A DNA stretch of 62,551 nt, the filler included, from Collodictyon triciliatum (taxonomy: Eukaryota), in the NCBI GenBank assembly GCA_043381765.1. It is 8 parts of 8 records of this genome, joined end to end, with 100 filler letters (N's around TTAATTAATTAA, not from the genome) between each part and the next. Parts side by side here need not be neighbours in the genome. Positions count along the whole stretch, not along the records: positions 50,282 to 58,552 come from JBHJMP010003497.1; positions 58,653 to 62,551 come from JBHJMP010003550.1; 6 more parts are not named here. One strand, 5' to 3'. Below the pieces are notes generated by a model. It was not told the origin of the DNA and made no database searches. It worked only from the letters and a program-made list of their open reading frames with translations. Below, one piece after another: positions 50,429 through 62,551 of the stretch (positions are counted from its first letter, which is position 1; the number at the start of each line of letters is the position of its first letter). The translations under genes were made by a program, and so were the position numbers.

Positions 50429-53400
50429 ATGGAATCGACCGGCACAAATGAACCTGCGGATCGGAAAGAGAGTGCGCAACAGAGTCTTTTGGGCCTGGAA
50501 GAAAGTCGCGATCGGCCACCAACTGAGATGCGCAAGCGAAGCCTGAGTTTGAACACAACGGACGTAAGTCCTTTTCTTGCCGATCCTGCAAGCGAGGAAG
50601 GATTTCGAAACCGAAGTCTTAGCTCCACACTCGAAGAGCCTCTGCTCAACCAGGAAAGAGTGAACTCGCTGTTTGAGTGGGTCCAGACGCAGAGGCAGGA
50701 AAAAAACGGGTTTGTGTAGAGCGGGCCCTTTTTATATTGCTTATTGTTTTTATTTTTTATTTTATTTTATGGATGTTTTTGCTTTTGTATTCATATTTGT
50801 ATTAGTATTTGTATTAGTATTTGTATTAGTATTTGTATTTGTATTTGTATTTGTATTTGTATTTGTATTTGTATTAGTATTTGTATTAGTATTTGTATTA
50901 GTATTTGTATTTGTATTTGTATTTGTATTTGTATTTGTATTTGTATTTGTATTAGTATTTGTATTTGTATTTGTATTAGTTTTCCTGCTCCTAGTTTTCT
51001 TTGTTTTCATATATAGCTATTATTTGGGTTTACTTCACATCTAGGCTTTTTTTAATGGTTTAATTAATATTAGGAGCGAAGGGGGAATGAAAAGATCGCC
51101 CTCTTTTTTAGAATTTGCAGAACTTCGTGAGTCTCAGTCTCCAGGGCAAAGCCGAACCGTCAGCGAGTACAGAAGTCGCCATAGTAGCGGCACATTATCG
51201 CAACATGGTTTGTTTCATTATAAGCAATAAATAGTGAACTTACTCTTACAATTTGGGGTCTTTATCTTTATCTTTATCTTTATATTCATCTTTATATTCA
51301 TCTTTATATTCATCTTTATATTCATCTTTATATTCATCTTCATCTTCATCTTCATCTTCATCTTCATCTTCATAACTGTTAGTCCTTTGGATGAACGTAC
51401 TATTATTTATACTATATTTTTGGCTAACTCGAATCATAAGAACTGGAGGATTTTCCACTTGAGCATGAATGGAGTATTTGGTTTGATCTCGGGGCTCAGA
51501 AAGGGTCTAAACTGACAGACTATCAGGAGCAATTGCACTCGCTGGGATCGTTCTCGAGCATTCTTGTAATATCCGCTATTACATAGCTTTTTAATTCACT
51601 TAATTAAATTTACTTTTTTCAATAATCTCAATAAATCTGCAATGTTTAGCTAACAACCTGACTCGTGCTAAAAATTATAAATATATATATGAAATCTATC
51701 TAGGATTTCTGGAGATTCTGGAACAATATTGGAGATGTGAATTCACTACCTGATGGCTCTAACTTACGCGTTTTCAAAACATTCATTAAACCTGTGTGGG
51801 AAGACCCCTCCAATATCAACGGCGGTCGTTGGGTTTGTTTCTCTATTTGTTTCAAAACTTTTTTATGTAAAAAAAAAGTTTAAGAGATAAAAAAAAATGT
51901 AACCAATGACGTGCTCACGTCGACAAATTCAGATTATTAGAAGCCAGGACCCTGATTTTATTACAAATTTATGGACAAGCATTGTTCTGGAATTGATTGG
52001 AGAACAATTTTCTCATAGCCGCGATATTGTACGAGTGACGCATACTTGTTGTATTAATTATGCTTTTTTTTTCCTCTGATACCACTGCAATGATTCTGAC
52101 TTATTAGTAACGTATTTTCACTTGCCTGTATCCCCTTTTTCCTTTGCAATACTAAAGTGTGGAATTGTCCTTTCCATTCGATCGTACGGAGGATCAATTA
52201 TTATCTGGAATAAAACTTCCACGGATCAGTCGGCCATAGACGAAGTTACCCAACACATCCGAGAGCAATTTTCTGGCGTACTGGTTCAGCCTCTGGAGGT
52301 CATATACAAACCCCACCAGGTCATTTTCTTTCTTTTTTATGTTAAAACAAAATAAAGATAAAAGGAAATACGAACCAACATAGGTAGATAAGTAATTATC
52401 ACACTTAATAGATTATTGTATTAAACAATATTCTACTTTCGATGCATCGTGTTATTTGCTTCGCTGTGTCTGCATCCTTGATTACTCTTTCATAGTCACA
52501 CTATCTACATGTCGTTAAATATCCTTTCACTAGATTAACCTTATCCCTTCAATTTTTCTCTATTGTTATCATTGGTTTCCTGTCATCCACCTCGGGCTAC
52601 AGATTGAGCACTTCCACTTAACCTTTTATTCTATAGGCTGCAACTCAGCCCACGAAGACTATAAATCGATCAGACCAGCGACGATTTCACTATGGAGCAG
52701 CATATGATATGGCCTCACCCAAGGGATTTGAAGGCTCGCTTTCGCCCAGAGGGCACTTTGATATCCCACACGGCACAATCCAATCTCCCCCGCCGCACTC
52801 CCACCCAAATCCTTTCTTGACTCCAAAGAACCATCCCTTGAAATCCCCGAGATCTCCAAAGGTGAATTCAAAGACACCCTCTGCACGAGAAACTGCTGCA
52901 AAAGGCGGATTGGCAGACCGCTCAGACCGCGATGGCGGCGAATGGGCCACTGTGAGTCCCCGTGGGAAGCCTTCTAACAAACAAACAAAGGAGGCTAATG
53001 GGAAACCTGCCTCACAATTACAAAATAGTCAAAAGCTGAAGCCGACATCTATCGCGCCCGCATCTGCGAATTCAACATCGGCTAAAGCAGCTTCATCGTC
53101 CGCTCCGAACAAGACTGGCCAACCAAACCACGTTGGAGGGGTTACTGGCGCAAAGACAAACACAACCGCAAACCCAAGCGGCCTCCCCGGAAATAAGGTC
53201 AAAGGCGAAGGAAAACACACGGCCCAAGAAAAACCGAAGGATGGTATCTCAATGACCAGTCCAGCTAACTCTACGCCGTCAAAGACTCCCCAGCAGAACC
53301 CGTGGAAAATCCCACCAAAACCAACTGCAACGCCAATATTAGCTCCGACAAGCCAAGCAAAGAAAGCAGCTGTTGTTGTAGTCGAGGACGACCACACAAG

Positions 53401-54030
53401 CGAAAGCCAGTTCTTCTTCTCCGAAGAGGCTCAAGGAAATGGTAATCGCGTGGACGCAACAAAAGGCGTTACATCAACGACAGTAGCTGCTGATGACATG
53501 TCTGTGGTGATTAAACTCAAGTCGCGGTCATCCAACGAATCCCCATCCAAACGCGTCTCCCACAACAACGGCGAACTAAAGGCATTTCCATATCACTGCA
53601 TTTGGCGCCCCCTTATTCCTTTTCTTTTATCCAATTCTTTATCCAACTCTTTATCCAACTAATAGCATGATATTCTAACCCTTCATTGTGTTTTCTTTTT
53701 CACCCTTAGGATGTCACAACACAGAATCATGCTGGTTTGACTCACCGCATGGCATCGCCGGACAAGGATTCTCGCACAGCCCAGAGGAGCATCGACGAAG
53801 ATGGCGTTGCTGCAGATGGCGATGAGAACAGTCCTGAACACACTCTGCTTTCGCATTCCAGCGGGAAGCACACTAAGAAGAAAAGCACTCCCAAACAGCA
53901 CAAACATCATAGAACATCCACCAAAGAGCATGCAACATCCCAGCGTTCTGACCTCTTTCTCAACTCCATTCTTGTCGGAATTCTGGCTGTCCTGTTTGGG
54001 CTCATGTACTGGTGGGTTACAACACATTAG
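50429..54030 (+). CDS. eIF4E-family cap-binding protein with N-terminal extension, long disordered C-terminal extension and predicted C-terminal TM helix; start may lie further upstream
   Basis: Core exons 51441-51565, 51704-51832, 51933-52028 and 52158-52319 read FPLEHEWSIWFD, DFWRFWN, FK..IKPVWEDPSNINGGRW, LIGEQF, CGIVLSIR, IIIWNK, YKPH. Exons 52637-~53581 and 53710-54030 continue in frame. Confidence 0.85.
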
Positions 54031-54517
54031 ACTCCTTTTTTTCTCCCGTACCTCCTTTTCACTTTCTTTGTTCCGTCCTTTGTGCTTGGAATCCTCTTCT
54101 TTAAAAGATTGTGGTTCCAACCCAAAGAAAAAAAAATTAAAATTATATATTGAAAAAAAAAAAAAGGCTCAAAAACGAAGTTATTGGATGGTTTGTTTTT
54201 CTCCCGTATTGTGTATGTCCACAGCAACAAAACCAATGGATTCGTTTCTTTTTCTCTTCATTTATGATATTTATTGAAAGAAATTGAATTAATAACCCAT
54301 ACTCTGGTGTTGTATTAGTCATGGATTTATTCATTGCTGGTATTGTTATTTATGAAATGCACGCATGTTCTCGTGTTGGTGACAGTCCTTTAGCCACCGA
54401 GAACCGCGGCAATTATTATTTATTTTCCTTTTTTCTTTTCTTTTTCCTTTCTTTTATCTTTTCACTATATTATGTATCAGACATCATTAGTTAGAAAGGG
54501 CAAGTGGCTTTGGCCGT

Positions 54518-57500
54518 CTAGTTTTTGGACTTTGCACTGGCCTGGAGTGTTTGCCTATTCACTGGTGACAGTTGGTGGAAGCCCGCTGAGACAGAGACGG
54601 AGGTGAAGTGACTGATGATGTACTCCTATCGAAACAAATGTCGGGAGTGTAAGAAGCTAAAAACAGTGCAGCGTGATTGGTCTTTTATAATTATTCCTTT
54701 ATCTAGTTTAACTTTTTATTATTATCAAATAAAAAAATATCAACGCCGAATACTGAAAGGACAACAACCTGAGTCATGACGCGAAGCGTATCGGAATTTG
54801 TCTTAACAGCGAGTTCGTATATTGCGCACACGTTGTCGACGCTGAAAAGTGTCTTCATTTGACTCTCAATAAGACGCTGCATCCTTACCAAGTTGTAGCT
54901 GTGCGCCGAAGCGTAAATCTCCAGATAGATGGGTAGGGTGAGGCCAGTGGAAACGTGGTCCCCGTATATGTACTGGATAATCTGTTGATATAAAAAAAAT
55001 GCATTAGGGGAAATGACGTCCCAGCTTTACGCATCTTCGCGTGAATTACCAGCATTCGTGCCCAAAAAACTATGTGTTTGTGTAATTTAAGTACCCAAAT
55101 ATGTAAAAAAGATTGTATATCTATTTGATGAATTTTCATAGGTTATGTTTGTCTTTCTTTTTCCCCCGTTATCTTTTTATGTATTACAGTGATTTTTGTT
55201 CTCAGAGAAACTCGATACACACTCGAATCTTCTTGTAGAATATGTATTTAAATGGATATTTCTTACGTGTTTGAGGGATGTGTCATTCAGATCAGAAAGT
55301 CGGATGGTCGATGGAGACCTCGACTTTGAAGATGCGTCTTCTTTTTGAGACTCAATAATATCTCTCAATCGAGAGCAACGGTTGGTCAAAATCATTTTGT
55401 GGCATTTGAAAGAGAGCTTCTGGTCACCACTTACCTACGTTCCAGGGAAACCAAAAAAAAAGAAACAAAAAAGAAACAAAAAAAAGAAACAAAAAAAGAA
55501 ACCAAAAGAAAACAAGAGAAACAAAAAGGAAAAAGGAAAAAGGAAAAAGGAAAAAGGAAAAAGGAAAAAGGAAAAAGGAAAAAGGAAAAAGGAAAATACA
55601 ATCAACTCTATATTATACTAATGACCCGACGTATGGAAATGGCATTTGTCACTTAATGACTAATATCCATTCAAAGAAAATGGTACTCACCATCACATCG
55701 AAGAAATGCATTTCGTTGAGCGCTTTACTGAACTGATGTCCCAGAATGGACCCTGTTGGTGCTGGTTGAAAAGTGCCGCTACTTCTTGAGGAACGAACAG
55801 CTTTGCAAAGGAGGCTAAGTTCCTCATTTCGGTACTCAGAGGCAATTGTTTTGAGGTTCGAGAGTTCTTCCATGGATAAGTTATCTTGAAAGCTATTGTT
55901 GTAATATGGTTTCAGAGGTTTTTATTTAAAAAATAAAAAGAAAATTTAACCGTGGTTACTGTATTGATATATCCACCCAAGTCAAAGTTAAGAACATGGA
56001 GCATATCTTAAATTAAAAAGAAGACCAGATCGGTCTGAACTATACAAACTTACTCTCCTGTATATAGGTACTTGAGGAAGAGCGAGTATATCTCATGGGA
56101 GTATTTCTTGACCTCGAACTCGACCTTTTTGGAGTCACGAAGGAAAATTGTTTGAAAATATGGACATCTTGTCGCAAGCACAATCTAAGTACACGAGTAG
56201 AAAAAGGTTAAATAAACTTCTTTTTTTCCCCTTTAGTTGTTGGTGCTCTAAAATGATTAGATTATTTTACCAGATAGTATACCGATGAGTCTGTGTGAAT
56301 ATTCAGGTATTCGTATGGGTAATAAGGTAAAAATTATATAGTACCTTGTGACAGAATATTCTTTTTTCTTGAATCTTGAATACGATATCGTGGAATTTAG
56401 GATTATTGTATGCGTTTCCTAGGTCCTCGCTGAAGCGTGATGGCATGATTGCTATTTGGGTATCGGTTCAGTGTCATATTTTATTGTTTGATTGATTATT
56501 AAGTTTTGTAATTATTAGGTCACTCTGAGAGTAAGGTGCGGCAGAAAAAAAATACATTTGGTTTACTGTGTTAACATATTTTGTTGAATTGCGGCTGCAC
56601 ATACCATCAAAATTGCGGAGATATAAGAGAATCTCCTGTGCTGACTTGGATGCGATGTTGATGGGCGGGACTGTGAGGGGATTGTCATCCAATAGCACTA
56701 TTTGTTTGTTTTGTTTGTATTAAAAAAAATTAGAGAATCAAATATAATGAAACATAATTTTGAAATATAGGAATTGTTAAATATAATGGAAATTATTTAA
56801 TGAATTCTTTTTGTCAAAAATGATTATATATGCAGAGGACACCAACGTGTTTCAAGATTAAGGTCACTGAGGGCAGTCGGCAAGATTGCGATACTGTTTG
56901 ATGTGATGTTGAGAGTCTTCAACATACGATTATTAGCGAGCTCTGAAGGGATGAACACAAGGTGATTGTGCTGCAAATAAAGAATGGAGAGCGAACTCAG
57001 CTGCCCAATTTCTTTTGGCAAACTGGAGAGGGCATTGTTTTGAAGAAACAGTACAGCGAGCTCCTTCAAATCGCCGATGGATGGTGGGATGTCCTGGAGC
57101 GCGTTGTCATTTAGAATCAAGCGGCGAAGTTGCCGAAGATTTCCAATGGAGTGGTGTAGACTTGAAATCTTGTTGAAGGATAGATTCAGATATGTCAGCA
57201 TCGTCAGTGCCCCGATGGCAGAAGGGACCATTGTGATCTACAAGTAAGTACGAAGGTAAATAACATATGATCAGATAGAATACAATAGTTAAATATCAAG
57301 AAATAAGTGCATGTGAATAACAAAGATTATTGAATAGATAGAGGAGATGAGTATATGAATTCGGCAATATTTGATCAATTAAGAGGGGTACATCATTGGT
57401 GTTGAGATCCAATACAGCCAGGGACGTGATGTATCCCACAGCCGGAGGGAAGTTCGCAAAGCGATTCGACCACAGATGGAGCTCCTTCAGGCGATGAAGC

Positions 57501-58300
57501 CGCGCTATGCTATTTGGTATCGACTCTATTAGATTCCACTGAAGGGCCAGATATGTCAGCGATGAACACGCTCCAATATCCTCTGGAATCAAGTATATCT
57601 GGATGCAAGGAATTGAATAAGGTTATTGCAGACAACAATTGTGATGATGATTTTGATGATGATTTTGATGATGATTGTGATGATGATTTTGATGATGATT
57701 TTGATGATGGTTGTGATGATGGTTGTGATGATGTTTTTGATGATGATTGTGATGATGGTTGTGATGATGGTTGTGATGATGGTTGTGATGACGGTTGTGA
57801 TGACGGTTGTGATGATGTTTTTGATGATGTTTTTGATGATGTTTTTGATGATGTTTTGATGATGTTTTTGATGATGTTTTTGATGATGGTTGTGTTGTTT
57901 TTTTGATGATGTTTTTGATGATGTTTTTGATGATGATTGTGACGATGATTCGAATATGGCTACAGTGTGTCATACATGGCTAAGTGAAATATAAATATTT
58001 GAAAACCTGGTTGAATGATAGATCGCACGAGTAAAGGGAGGTCAGTTGCGCAACGCCGAGCGGAAAAGCCTTCAACTGGCGAGAGCGGAACGAAATATGT
58101 GCTTTGAGGACATTGAGCGGAGCAACAGACGCTCGATGGGCAAGAAAAGACTGGGGAGGCAAAGACTGGGTGGACTGTCCGGAGTCAGACGAGAACTCCA
58201 CTTGTGTCTGGAGAAGCAGATGCTGCGTCTGATTCAGCGGTGCACCGCTTTGTGCCGGCTGCGAAGAAAGCGGTGGAGAGCTTGATGCGTGCGGAAGCAT
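54518..58300 (-). CDS. LRR protein with two tandem BTB/POZ domains and a BACK-like end, multi-exon
   Basis: LxLxxNxLxxLP repeats; cap LDDNPLTVPP...ILLYL; BTB1 FHDIVFKI...IVLATRCPYF...FLKYLYTG; BTB2 FFDVM...FKCHKMILTNRC; VDNVCAIYELA...LR...EYIISHF. Confidence 0.82.
57640..57945. repeat. Degenerate (GATGATGRTTKT)n intronic repeat
   Basis: 12-nt periodic GAT-rich tandem inside an LRR-BTB intron. Confidence 0.85.
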
Positions 58301-58456
58301 TGTCTGTTCCTTGCGACTGTCCTTGGAGTTTGTATCTATGCGTGTATGTATGAGCCAAAGGCAGGAAGAGAAGAGAGAAGAGAGAAGAGCAGAACTTTAA
58401 AGCTGGGAAGTGTTCTGTGTGGCTTTGGTCTTGTTTTATTTTCTAGTTGAAATCTT

Positions 58457-58498
<42 letters not shown>

Positions 58499-58552
58499 TG
58501 TTTTTGTTTTTGTTTTTGTTTTTGTTTTTGTTTTTGTTTTTGTTTTTGTTTT

Positions 58553-58652
58553 NNNNNNNNNNNNNNNNNNNNNNNNNNNNNNNNNNNNNNNNNNNNTTAA
58601 TTAATTAANNNNNNNNNNNNNNNNNNNNNNNNNNNNNNNNNNNNNNNNNNNN
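58553..58652. other. Artificial contig linker
   Basis: N44-TTAATTAATTAA-N44. Confidence 0.98.
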
Positions 58653-58965
58653 CAAGAATAATAACAAGAATAATAACAAGAATAATAACAAGAATAATAA
58701 CAAGAATAATAACAAGAATAATAACAAGAATAATAACAAGAATAATAACAATACTAAGAACAACAATAATAAGAACAACAATAATAAGAACAACAATAAT
58801 AAGAACAACAATAATAATAACAATAATAATAACAATAATAATAACAATAATAATAACAATAATAATAACAATAATAATAACAATAATAATAACAATAAAA
58901 AACTGGATTCTTCCTTAGGAAAAATCAAGAAATATAATGGTAGACGAGAAAATTTTCCTAAGATA

Positions 58966-60654
58966 CTTGTAAAAGTTTGTTCTCTCTCGATTCTGGTTTT
59001 ATGGGTTGTATTTCCGTATGTGGCTTCAATAATAAGAACATCAGGCTTATCCACCTAGAAAATCAAGGTGTATAGAATTACCATAGATTTGTACATTCTA
59101 GTACGAGGAAAAAAAGCTAGAAGCAAAAGACAGAAATATACACGATGGCTAAAATCAAAGTATGTCCTGGCAAATTGATTCCCATGAGCTAAAAAAAAAA
59201 AAAGTATATTATTTTCGTACCGGAACCTCAGCGGGCATTAAATGCCGATCCTCTTGCCTCGAATAATCTCCTGTATACAAAATCTATTGACCAATAGTTG
59301 AAGCGAATTAATAATAACAAAACAGATTAAAAAAGGGAGGGAAATAAATATTTTCAAATCATAGAAGAGTCAATAATATAATATCCATGCCATCAAATCA
59401 TACGACTTAAACCAATCACCTTAATGTCAGCAATTTGTATCATAAACATCGCTGCACCCAAGACATGGCCCGCCTTCAGACATTCGAATTTGATTCCTTT
59501 GACCTCTGTCATTGCATGGAAATCTACCTGGTCATTAAAAGAAAAAAAATGTACAACAGAGCAATTAAGAACAGTCGAACGTATTACGAACGAGAGAACG
59601 TTTCTTATGAGGAAGTGAATTAAAAGGAAGAAAGGAAGGATTGCCGTTTCAATTTTAGGCATGCTTTGGGCCAGGTCCTTTTCATCGTACAAAATATCTC
59701 CGTTGGCAGTGTTACTATGATAATTTTATGAACGGTTACATTCGCTTCAAAAATACCCATATCCTATGGTTTCTATATATCTATTGGGCTAACCTGACGT
59801 TCAAATAATCCGACAGAATAAGTTTGAAGATTTCTTTTGTAGGATGCGTCATGAAAATTCGACCTTTGAAGGTTGTCTAGAATATAGAGTCGTACTGGTC
59901 AGTGCACTGAGGATGTTGGAAATCACTACACCATCATAGTCACATATTGGCAGACTTGCTATGCATCAAATCGATTAAAAAAAACTGAAGTGGGTGATCT
60001 CTGATTTTGTATTGACCTTGTTAACTAAGTAAGGAAGTGATGCGGCGTGGTCTAGATGAAAGCTAAGACCATTTTTATAAATATTAGAAAAGACATATCA
60101 AAACAAGATATCAACATATTTGCAAACATCTCTAACGGAGGACAACTTGACACGATGACAAGATTAATGCTCAATATTAACTGGCTGATAAGAAGCAGGT
60201 CGATGGCGGAGATGTCTGGCATTTCATCAAAGAAAGGAAGTGCATCTCGTTTTGTTTTCCCTGGGTGAATGCCACAGTCCAACTATGCCGGTATAGATTG
60301 CAGATATGCGGATTTATTGGGGAAATAGAATAGGAAGAACAAGTGAATTGGCCAACATAAAAATGTTTTTTTCTTCTTCTTTATATTGGGCTTTTCATAA
60401 TCCGGACAATAAAAAAAAGAAGCCAAGCTGACGAGAAAAAAAAAGGGGAATGGTTTGGTCATGTCAAGCAGAAGTAAAGGCCAAACCATGACGACGCTCT
60501 CTTTGTACTCGATCAGAATACAGGATCGCCCGACTTCGCTGCCGCCTCCAAACGGAGTTATCCGCAGAGGATCGCCGGAGGGCGTTTCCAGTTTGTGTTT
60601 CCCGGTGACTTTGCGGCGGTCGATTACAAAAAGCCCGGCATCGGAGAGAGACAT
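58966..60654 (-). CDS. CPSF3: CPSF73 (pre-mRNA 3' endonuclease, metallo-beta-lactamase fold), N-terminal exons; 3' truncated
   Basis: GGGSEVGRSC, LDCGIHPG, SHFHLDHAASLPY, FKGRIFMTHPTK, AGHVLGAAMF, LYTGDYSRQEDRHL, PDVLIIEATYG. Confidence 0.95.
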
Positions 60655-60696
60655 CGCACAGAGTTCTGCAAAATGAAGCATGCTTATGTATTAGAG

Positions 60697-60963
60697 AAAA
60701 AGAAAAAGAAAAAGAAAAAGAAAAAGAAAAAGAAAAAGAAAAAGAAAAAGAAAAAGAAAAAGAAAAAGGAAAAGAAAAAAAAAAGAAAAAGAAAAAGAAA
60801 AAGAAAAAGAAAAAGAAAAAGGAAAAGAAAATAAAAAGGAAAGAAAAAAGGAAAAGAAAAGAAAAGAAAAAGAAAAAAGAAAAAAGAAAAAAGAAAAAGA
60901 AAAAAGAAAAAGGAAAAGGAAAGAAAGAAGAAAAAGAAAAAGAAAAAGAAAAAGAAAAGAAAA
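60697..60963. repeat. (AAAAAG)n purine-rich microsatellite
   Basis: Hexamer tandem with degenerate copies. Confidence 0.9.
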
Positions 60964-62551
60964 GCGCGCACTCAGGTTAGAAAACTACTTGCTAGTTTGT
61001 GTGACGACGATCAGAAGGCTTTGGGGGTGAAGTCATCACACTGATCGCGGTTCAATAAGTGCAAATGATGAAAGATTCAGAGAAATTTTATGCACCTGGA
61101 ATTTATTTTCTAATTATAGATGGGAGCATATTTAAAAACGCATTTGTCCCAAGAGTAAGATTTCTCACTCTGTATACACCAAATTATATACTTACATCTC
61201 GATAAGTTCGCACAGTTAAAAAGCGATGAAGAACATCTTATTGCGAACAAATTATTTGACAGGGCTAAACGAACCACCAAGATATCGCGGAGTGGGCGTT
61301 GAAAAAAACGCTAGTGGCCAAAAAACTGTGGTGGGCTTTGTTGATGTTATTAAGGAAACATTTTTGCGAATAGAAAAGATAGGAAGGATGACGCTGTTTC
61401 GTTCTCGGAAGGAATCATCGATACACCACTACCATGTTGACGTTTGGAAGGCTTCATTGTTTTCCAATCAGCGAAGGAAACGTCCTTACCTGGCAAGATG
61501 CAGAGTTCTCTTTCATAAAACATGTAATCCAAATGAATGTTTTTTTAAACTGGTTCACTCAAGTTATTATAAATCAATATTATTGTTCACAATGTACGTC
61601 ATTGTGAAATTTCGAAATTCTAAAAAGTAATAACCGCACAGCCTTGCTTTAAATTGTCATATTTGCGTCTTGGAGAAAATACTAAAGAAGTATTTTATAA
61701 AACTGATAACCAGCTTTGTCCTTGTCCTTGTCCTTGTCGTTGTCGTTGTCGTTGTCCTTGTCCTTGTCCTTGTCCTTTTTTTTTTTTTTGAAATGGATAT
61801 CTTTATAGGTTTAATAATTGATTTCAATCAATTTTATCTTCAACTAACCTGTTTCCCAAAATATGGTGAAATGTATTCGTTTCTTCAAATACACCCGGTA
61901 TCTTAGTATTTTTTTAATAAATAATTGAAAAATAACGAAAAATAATTGAAAGTTTTGCATTATGAACAATCAAGTGTTTTGAGCACTCTGTATTTCGTGA
62001 GCGTATTATTTTGCACCAAAATAAAATTTCATCAACTTTTTATATAGTTTGTCCTAAACTTGTCATGATATATATACTAAAGCGGAATTTTTACCATAGA
62101 AACAACACTGCGTGTGCTCATGTAAAATAAATTAAGCTTCAAAGTTTTATCAACTAGTCATATGATCAATTTCTAGTTCTTTCATGAAATATAGAGTATT
62201 ATCGTAGTCTCATAATAATGAACAAGGGTACTTAAAGGGATTTCTTACCTTTCATATTATTGAGGATGTTCCAAATGCACGATCCAATTTAATGCATTAG
62301 ATTGGCAAATAACAATCCATAGCCAAAGCTCTCCATCGTGTACAACCTAAATGGAAGAATAAAAAACTTATAATTTTTGTGAACCTTTTCCTTTCAACAT
62401 TGATACACACTCTGGTATCACCGATGACGTTTCCACCTTCGTGTGCTTACTGCATATTTCAAGTTTTACTTGTTTGGAATCTCGGCACCTATTTAAGGAG
62501 TAGGAGTCGACAAACTTCATACATTCGCAGGGTTGTGCTCATGCATCTTGG

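Noticed and set aside
57514-57973. Asp/Cys-rich and poly-His ORFs resembling metal-binding proteins
   Set aside because: Translations of an intronic GAT-rich microsatellite within the LRR-BTB gene
8291-58652. Seven recurring TTAATTAATTAA palindromes at ~8.4-kb spacing
   Set aside because: Artificial all-frame-stop linkers between similarly sized contigs. Gene adjacency across them is meaningless, including the apparent insertion of the virus between host genes.
61226-62551. Short ORFs and possible minus-strand exons at the window end
   Set aside because: No consistent model or recognisable motif
1-62551. Alternative genetic code as an explanation for fragmented ORFs
   Set aside because: Fragmentation is explained by GT-AG introns, and TAA, TAG and TGA each terminate recognisable genes (QCR9, LRR-BTB, Rho)

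Overview
This window is not one locus. It is eight separate ~8.3 kb contigs (the last cut by the window edge) joined by artificial N44-TTAATTAATTAA-N44 linkers, typical of a concatenated draft or metagenome-assembled genome. Seven contigs are AT-rich, intron-rich, microsatellite-rich eukaryotic DNA, probably from a protist, using the standard code. They encode an LRR/Cys-rich multi-TM receptor, a C2-domain protein, TMEM184, QCR9, a nucleoplasmin-like chaperone, SOSS-B, a two-pore channel, a TM nucleotide cyclase, a GH1-AT-hook protein, a Rho/Rac GTPase, a calcineurin-like phosphatase, an eIF4E-family protein, an LRR-BTB-BTB protein and CPSF73. Contig 4 (25145-33424) is different: intronless, almost entirely coding and free of microsatellites. 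It looks like a Polinton-like virus/virophage fragment with a 1519-aa coiled-coil protein, a phage-like modular fibre, a penton, a small basic protein and an A32-type packaging ATPase. The best leads are this virus module, an apparently tail-anchored eIF4E, and a calcineurin-like phosphatase with a hydrophobic hairpin and a CBM-like segment. All family calls come from motif recognition by eye, with no database searches, and gene models were spliced by hand.
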